Shown: positions 58,801 through 64,000 of the stretch, one piece after another
Layout of the letters: each line of letters begins with the position of its first letter
Position numbering within the stretch: the stretch's first letter is position 1
Source: Minisyncoccia bacterium
Lineage (GTDB): Bacteria; Patescibacteriota; Minisyncoccia; SW-4-49-11
Direction: 5' to 3'
Assembly (NCBI GenBank): GCA_044356325.1
Contig: JBIKWJ010000004.1
Coordinates: 402-64,401 of the forward strand
Length of the DNA stretch: 64,000 nt
Notes under the pieces: generated by a model
What the model was told of the DNA's origin: nothing
What the model saw: only the letters and a program-made list of their open reading frames with translations
The model's database searches: none
Position numbers and translations under genes: made by a program

Positions 58801-59889
58801 AGTTCTAAGATTTGGTGCATGTGTGTCACCAAATTCTTTATACTTTTGTATAGCTTCACGTGCTTCTTGTTTTAATAGTTCAATTTCTGCACTATTATCA
58901 AGGGTTTCTAATTCTCCTTCACCAGGATATATTTTACCCTCTATTCTAGCTAATGCACCTCCCGTTTCTCGTTCAACAATACTATCAACTACACCATTTA
59001 ATTCTTCCTGTAATGATTCTTCTCCAGGTAATTTATCAAGTAGTATTTCTGTCTCTACATCTAATCCGGAAGGACTTGTTTCAGATGGAGGTGTATTATC
59101 ATCTTGAAAATACGGATACCTATTTAGTATTTCATTTAATTCAGGATCAATAACTCTTTTATCTATAGATTTACCACTTGCTGAATGAGTTAACTCCTCT
59201 ACTGACCCTCCCCCCTGTTGAGAATCTGGCTCTTCTTCTATTTGAGGTTCTTCTGAATTTAAGGGTTCAAGACCAATTTTTTCTCTCCAAATATTAATAT
59301 TCTTTGGAGTTAATTCATTATTTTGCAATTCTGCTGGAATTAAACCTTCTTCTTGGACTATTCTTCTGAGGTCAAATCTTGCCTGATTACCTTTCTTTCC
59401 TTCAGGAATACCGAGTAATGTTGCAAAGGTTGGGATTATAGATCGTGAAAGTTCATACTTTATTTCGTTATCTGATAATTCAAGAATCCCATCCTTTATC
59501 CTACCCGATTGAGTCCATGTTATTTGATGTAGGGTAGATTCTTTTGATTCATTGCCTTCTTCTGGATCAGGAGATTCTACAGAAGGGACATATTCTGATA
59601 ATCCATATGCCAGCCGAATAGTATTTATCATATACAAATATACCCCTGATATATTTCCTTCTCTTTTCAAATCTAATGCTTCTTGATAATGTGGAAATTG
59701 CTCTAAAACTGGCACAACGCCCTTAGATGTAATAGCATCGATCAGTTGTAGTTTTTCTGTTTTTGTAAGCTGAAGCCAACCTGGTAATTCTCCCCCATGT
59801 TTTTTATGTGCTTTTGAAGCTTCACGAGTTACAAAAGGCATAGATGATTCTTGTTCCACGAATCTAAGTTGTTCTGGTGATCTTCCCAT
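55876..59889 (-). CDS. Large hypothetical membrane-associated protein
   Basis: 1337-aa ORF with an acidic/coiled-coil N-half, hydrophobic Gly-rich segments and repeated C-terminal domains. Confidence 0.75.
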   Translation of the reverse strand: MGRSPEQLRFVEQESSMPFVTREASKAHKKHGGELPGWLQLTKTEKLQLIDAITSKGVVPVLEQFPHYQEALDLKREGNISGVYLYMINTIRLAYGLSEYVPSVESPDPEEGNESKESTLHQITWTQSGRIKDGILELSDNEIKYELSRSIIPTFATLLGIPEGKKGNQARFDLRRIVQEEGLIPAELQNNELTPKNINIWREKIGLEPLNSEEPQIEEEPDSQQGGGSVEELTHSASGKSIDKRVIDPELNEILNRYPYFQDDNTPPSETSPSGLDVETEILLDKLPGEESLQEELNGVVDSIVERETGGALARIEGKIYPGEGELETLDNSAEIELLKQEAREAIQKYKEFGDTHAPNLRTESVQNVYRQLETDAWDKVEKLSHKLDGHLSRKLPQLRDILIAHRDLINISDAKNSLVSTGTIKLNTEGNITHIVDNEGNEVELNRPRTFEEIFAKSRPVRIIYTSNNENKKLGYIIEGLNPNTPDWIEGVLNDKEFLEPIIVDPSDTPIEHILPNPEEESPLYPIDKTPKLTPAEELPNVQVTETIGDTSKQDEQLETSSKAQLDNLRKAYARAEELYNRNRNDESAKLELERLRGEYNQTVEEVIGIMSAQGLESEIHRVFTQEVKNLREERILQSQELQSGFEKAINPLKERFFNFAIKHKKFISRLNLVAFGVGTTLALTGFGLPVAGGLAVLRRSVSSLMSGVSSRELARAGFEDGSIKINKFGLNINFQAAIPKLVGESLQEGYIKEAKDVDLSTKLSTLEAYYRLNGGKFTNESQQTAYEAILNELGTRVQRESIAKQPEKEELLTNINKIEGETINSENSNSDEGEVKAQPEKFIFSSPEYNQQYTSRLLTTLSKERITELQKQQRNRLIANVVGTAVGGGLMTSLAVDMMRPGGIFNPEQITNTPKPDIIDSPDNPSVQLQDISQLSKGETLWGEIAKQLGPNASPDQIQHALENYVQSGVGQNTMFQLAQGTEGGRGLLAQWGIDNANEMASLSKEQLYEVSRYLGPGQLEGISHFNIDHLEAFQPTEYVAPSPAESPTIEPGYPETPASSPLGTESLGSEPTVPPAAEAPVSTLAPEVPPVATSKFTRDLSEILGKQNLTDLQAKEIIQSYFTDDYGREVIYNSIINIGEGSTFLSNGFGVNSLTDFANLSPEQMSEVVNNINSDELRNVLNQTILARFEDAPDMVELTKGTNSLGVVQRYIANELGNLPYDSNLGKQVLDTYVQTDAGKNWLYDAIVSNPNPNNQNVQLFREYLSFKGIKSAEDFNQIFNWAEFSSDSKIPTSGFWKPVKLPNTNNIIQPLSTFLQPSKMIGIKEAVRQVLNK

Positions 59890-59951
59890 AATATCTATTT
59901 ATTTTACATTATTTTTAGTATATCATATTGATACACAATTCCCAAATTTTT

Positions 59952-61367
59952 TTAATCAGCTTTACGGGGAGCTATGATTGCCCATGGGGTTTTGAGTAAT
60001 ATGATAATATCTAGCCATATGCTCCAATTCTCTATATAAAAGGTATCATATAAGACTTCTTCTTCAAAACTCAAATCTGAGCGGCCATTGACTTGGGCCA
60101 TACCCGTTATTCCTGGTTTGATTGTGAGTACTTTTTTATGATGCTGTTTATATTTGTCTACTTCTCGAGGTTGATGAGGGCGAGGGCCTACAAGACTCAT
60201 ACTTCCTGCGAGTACATTAAAGAATTGGGGTAATTCGTCTATACTGGTTTTGCGGATAAATTTACCTAATTTGGTAACACGAGGATCATTTTTAATCTTA
60301 TTCACAGGACCTGCTTTTATACCTTTTTCAGCTAATAGTTTTTGCTCTAAAGCAATAGATGCGGCATTATCTTCATCGGTACATAATTCTTCATACATAC
60401 TGCGGAATTTGTATACATCAAATGGTTTTTTGGCAACTCCTACTCTACGACTTTTATACAAAATAGGTCCTGGTGAGTCAATTTTGATTGCAATTATGGT
60501 AATAATATATATTGGTAAAAGGATAATAATTGCTATGCTTGAGACTATAATATCGAATAATCTTTTCCAAATACTTCCCCATCCTTCTAGGGTTGTTCGC
60601 TTTACGCGGAATAATAATACTCCTGAGAGATTTTTTACCTCTACTTGGGTATACATATCGAATATATTGGGGATATATTGAAAATCAATTTTATATTCCT
60701 CACATAGATAATTTACTTTTATTAATTGTTCTTGAGGTAATTTGGTATCTGCCAATATAACTTCATCTATTTGTTTGGTAAGAGCTAAATGCCTTAAATC
60801 TTTAAGGTTTAATCCTTTTTGTACTTCTACTATGTGATATCCTATACCTGCTTTAGTATTAAGCGCATCTAATACTAATTTACCAGCTATATCACTACCT
60901 GTAATAATCACAACTCGATGTATTCCCCATTTATAATGTCTTATAATAATATCTTGTATGGTATGTACTAATAATCTTCCAATAAGTAAAAAGATAATAG
61001 CTAAAGCCCATAAGGAAATAATCAAAAATCTTGAGGAGAATAAGTCTCGAGAATAAAAGAAATAATATAAAATAATAATGAGAATTGTAGTAGATACGGA
61101 GCTCAAAATACGATAAAATTCACTCACAATTCCGCGAGTATTTCGAGTACTATACATTCCAGAAAATGCCAAGATAATTACAGTTACTATTGCAAATATA
61201 ATAACAAAACTGTTATACCAGTCACTACTAAAATCATAGGGTATGGGACGATATTCAATTGCAAGGCTTGAAATACGTAATTGATAAGATAATATTCCTG
61301 CTAAAATAATGACAAAAAAGTCTATTGGTACTCGTATAGCACTAAATAATAACTCAAATCTATTCAT
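59952..61367 (-). CDS. Polyprenyl glycosylphosphotransferase (WcaJ/WbaP-like sugar transferase)
   Basis: KRLFDI, KFRSM, DPRVT..G.F.RKTSIDELPQ, GPRP and KPGITG.AQV.GR. Confidence 0.93.
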   Translation of the reverse strand: MNRFELLFSAIRVPIDFFVIILAGILSYQLRISSLAIEYRPIPYDFSSDWYNSFVIIFAIVTVIILAFSGMYSTRNTRGIVSEFYRILSSVSTTILIIILYYFFYSRDLFSSRFLIISLWALAIIFLLIGRLLVHTIQDIIIRHYKWGIHRVVIITGSDIAGKLVLDALNTKAGIGYHIVEVQKGLNLKDLRHLALTKQIDEVILADTKLPQEQLIKVNYLCEEYKIDFQYIPNIFDMYTQVEVKNLSGVLLFRVKRTTLEGWGSIWKRLFDIIVSSIAIIILLPIYIITIIAIKIDSPGPILYKSRRVGVAKKPFDVYKFRSMYEELCTDEDNAASIALEQKLLAEKGIKAGPVNKIKNDPRVTKLGKFIRKTSIDELPQFFNVLAGSMSLVGPRPHQPREVDKYKQHHKKVLTIKPGITGMAQVNGRSDLSFEEEVLYDTFYIENWSIWLDIIILLKTPWAIIAPRKAD

Positions 61368-61389
61368 ATATAGTAATTGTTTATAGAAT

Positions 61390-61716
61390 TATCCAAGAAG
61401 AATATAAGCTGGATTCTGTTATATATATTTGCAAGCAATTATATATAGGTAATCATTTATCTTGATATACTGTTACCAGTATATTCTTGGCGGCACTCTT
61501 TTCAATACAGAAAAGCACGGCCTTGCACCTGATAGGGTTTATCTCTTTTCACCTTAGATGAGATACACTCAAATGTCTTGTTTCTGCGATACTATCCCGA
61601 TTGAGCAAGCTCAATGATGGGTATTACCCACTATCATTTATTACAAAGTAATAGGTGTCCAGACTTTCCTCACTCACCATATTATGGATATGCGCGATTA
61701 CCATTCTCCTTGGATA
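61390..61716 (-). ncRNA. rnpB: RNase P RNA
   Basis: The minus strand has GAGGAAAGTCTGG (5' P4) and AACAGAATCCAGCTTAT (3' P4). The ends TATCCAAGGAGAAT / ATTCTTCTTGGATA pair as P1. Confidence 0.92.
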
Positions 61717-61758
61717 CTCTTTATTATAAGGGTTTTTGACAAAAGAGCAACTTTATTA

Positions 61759-63588
61759 TCATTTGCTAGAAGCAATATCAATAATATGAAGTTGTAATTC
61801 TCGATTACCCCCCCATTCATTGATTTCTAGACGAAATACGAGATCAATAATATCATTGCGATGTAATTGATCCAGAACATAAGCAGAATTAAATCCAATA
61901 GCAGAAATGGTTAGAGGGCTCCCTGACTGAGCCTCTGATATTAATTGCAATTTGATATGATTTTGTTCTTTTCCAAGTGATTTAATATCAGTAATTCTTA
62001 ATTGGCGCACCAAAAATACAGGGTTTGGATTTTGCATTCCAAATGGAGCTAATTTATAAAAAGTATCATACAAATCCCAGTCTATAGCCTCAGCTGATAA
62101 TTCTATATCTATTTTTTTATAAGGAGATAAGGTATTAATATCAACTTGTGCACGAATTTGACTTCTTAATGATTCTTTTACGGCATCAGTTTGATGGGTA
62201 TCAAATGATAATCCTGCTGCCTGGCTATGTCCTCCTCCTGAAATAATAATATCTTGCATATTTTGTACCGCCTCTGCAATATTGAATTCCGGAATACTTC
62301 TGGCTGACGCCACATTATGATGAGATTGTTCTTGATACAAAATTACCGGCCTATAATATTTTTCTACTAATCTTGAAGCTACTATACCTAATACTCCAAT
62401 TGACCAATTTTTATCTCCTTCAAAAATAACTGATAATTGTGAAATATCCTCATATTGAGCTAATTTTGCTTCTACTTCTTTTAATACCGTATCAGTCAGA
62501 CTTTTTCTATGATCATTGAGCTTTTGTAATTCTTGAGCCAATTGTTCTGCCTCATTTTTTTCTTGAGTAGTAAAAAGTTTAAAGGCTTGATTGGCATGAG
62601 CAATTCTTCCAGCCGCATTAATACGAGGAGCTATTTGGAATCCTACAGAATAAACACTAATATTCGCTGACTCTACTCCATCAATTTCATCAACTTCTGC
62701 AATAATACCAGTCTCTTCAATCAAGGCCTGTAGGCCTATATTTCGGGTCTTAGCGAGCACATATAACCCATATCTCACCAGAATTCTATTCTCCCCCACA
62801 AGTGGTACCATATCTGCAATAGTTCCAATAGCGGCTAAATCTAAGAGCCACTTTTCATATCCTATGGGAATATTATCATATCCTATCTTAGTTCTAGCTT
62901 CACTTAGGAGGGCGGTAATAACCTTAAAGGCTAGTCCTGCTCCACATAAATCTTTAAAGGGATAAGGGTCTCCTTTTCGCTTAGGCACAATAATTCCAAA
63001 TGCTGGGGGCATTTCTTCTGGTACGGAGTGATGGTCTATGACGATAACATCAACTCCTGATTCTTGTATGATTTCAATTTCCTTTGCGCTTCTCACTCCA
63101 CAATCAACAGTGATTACTATATTGGGCTTTTGAGACAAAATATAAGCCACACCCTCATCTTTTAACCCATATCCTTCTTTATGCCTATCCGGAATATACA
63201 CTTGCACATAGGTATCAAATTCTGTAGTATCTGTATCTCCTAATTGAAATTTACTCTTTTGATTCAAAGCAAAGTATACAGTCTTAAGTCCTTGATACAA
63301 AATGGTACTTCCTGTTACCCCATCAGCATCATAATCTCCAAAAATAATAATTTTTTCTTTTTTTTGTAAAGCCTCAATAATTTTATTTATGCTTTTTTGC
63401 ATATCTAATATTAAAAATGGGTTCAATAAATCTTGATAATCAGCATTGATAAAATTATCTATATCCTTAGTGTTTTGAATATCTCTATTCCATAATAATT
63501 GTAGAATAATAGGATTTAACTCTGGATAACTATTGATAATATCTTTTGTAATAGTTGGCTGTATATGCCATTGATATTTTGACTTCAT
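61759..63588 (-). CDS. recJ: Single-stranded-DNA exonuclease RecJ
   Basis: GDYDADG, TVDCG, IDHH, GTIAD, PRINAAGR and GGH..AAG. Confidence 0.97.
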   Translation of the reverse strand: MKSKYQWHIQPTITKDIINSYPELNPIILQLLWNRDIQNTKDIDNFINADYQDLLNPFLILDMQKSINKIIEALQKKEKIIIFGDYDADGVTGSTILYQGLKTVYFALNQKSKFQLGDTDTTEFDTYVQVYIPDRHKEGYGLKDEGVAYILSQKPNIVITVDCGVRSAKEIEIIQESGVDVIVIDHHSVPEEMPPAFGIIVPKRKGDPYPFKDLCGAGLAFKVITALLSEARTKIGYDNIPIGYEKWLLDLAAIGTIADMVPLVGENRILVRYGLYVLAKTRNIGLQALIEETGIIAEVDEIDGVESANISVYSVGFQIAPRINAAGRIAHANQAFKLFTTQEKNEAEQLAQELQKLNDHRKSLTDTVLKEVEAKLAQYEDISQLSVIFEGDKNWSIGVLGIVASRLVEKYYRPVILYQEQSHHNVASARSIPEFNIAEAVQNMQDIIISGGGHSQAAGLSFDTHQTDAVKESLRSQIRAQVDINTLSPYKKIDIELSAEAIDWDLYDTFYKLAPFGMQNPNPVFLVRQLRITDIKSLGKEQNHIKLQLISEAQSGSPLTISAIGFNSAYVLDQLHRNDIIDLVFRLEINEWGGNRELQLHIIDIASSK

Positions 63589-63598
63589 ATAATACCTA

Positions 63599-64000
63599 TT
63601 ATTTGGAATTTTTACAATTTAATTCTATACTGAATGTATACGGCTTTACTGATTTTTGTAAGGTAACGGTAATGGGAGTTATGTCTATATCTTGATCATC
63701 TATACAATCTTTACCAAAAAATGATTCGATAAATTCTGTATAATCGGGAGAATTTTTACTAATAATTAGATTATAATTTTTATCCTTTACCCCTAAAATA
63801 TCTCGGAGTTGACTTACAATATCATTAGGCGTATTTTGTCCCCTTATAATAAAATGTTTAACCCCAAGATTTGCAGCATTTTCAATATCCTCTGACCGCC
63901 CTAAATGGCTGAATAATACGAGTGGTATACGCTTATATTTTTCCTCTTGCTGTAAAGATTGGAATAACTCAAACCCAGTCATATTTGGCATTTGAATTCC
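63599..64000 (-). CDS. Response regulator receiver domain protein (5' partial, atypical)
   Basis: The frame is open to the window end and reads GIQMPNMTGFEL...IPLVLFS.LG...D...A..LG...FII. Confidence 0.75.
   Translation of the reverse strand, partial: GIQMPNMTGFELFQSLQQEEKYKRIPLVLFSHLGRSEDIENAANLGVKHFIIRGQNTPNDIVSQLRDILGVKDKNYNLIISKNSPDYTEFIESFFGKDCIDDQDIDITPITVTLQKSVKPYTFSIELNCKNSK

Noticed and set aside
932-60681. Many antisense or alternate-frame ORFs in the track (e.g. 932-1357, 3288-3704, 28484-28792, 34352-34696, 38528-39097, 43041-43667, 57707-58027, 60250-60681)
   Set aside because: They lie entirely within well-supported genes and have no recognisable motifs, so they are shadow ORFs.
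1-64000. Stop-codon reassignment (code 25, as in Gracilibacteria/Absconditabacteria)
   Set aside because: Conserved genes are full length under code 11, and TGA terminates several genes (e.g. dut, recJ).

Overview
AT-rich bacterial chromosome segment, translated cleanly with code 11 and with most genes on the minus strand. The gene set points to Patescibacteria/CPR (an inference): short AlaRS, PriA without Walker A, an FtsA-like plus baseplate-J-like pair, a VirB2-like pilin array and a DUF5663-like protein. Housekeeping genes are alaS, dut, cmk, rarA, rpsL-rpsG-fusA, gyrA, gatB, metG, greA, priA, def-fmt and recJ, plus tRNA-Ser(GGA) and RNase P RNA. Accessory content includes a light/oxidative/alkylation stress neighbourhood (7-19.5 kb), a tRNA-Ser hotspot with a tRNA-derived multi-hairpin element and a 2.5-kb islet between perfect 27-bp direct repeats, seven composite REP-like intergenic elements and about nine orphan genes that each carry their own promoter, most with a terminator. 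The best leads are (1) a six-gene VirB2-like pilin array whose first gene fuses Cys-rich modules, a pilin and a lambda-type lysozyme, (2) a two-domain beta-clamp-like orphan, and (3) an EF-G with altered G4/G5 guanine-specificity motifs. All calls come from motif recognition by eye; no searches were run.
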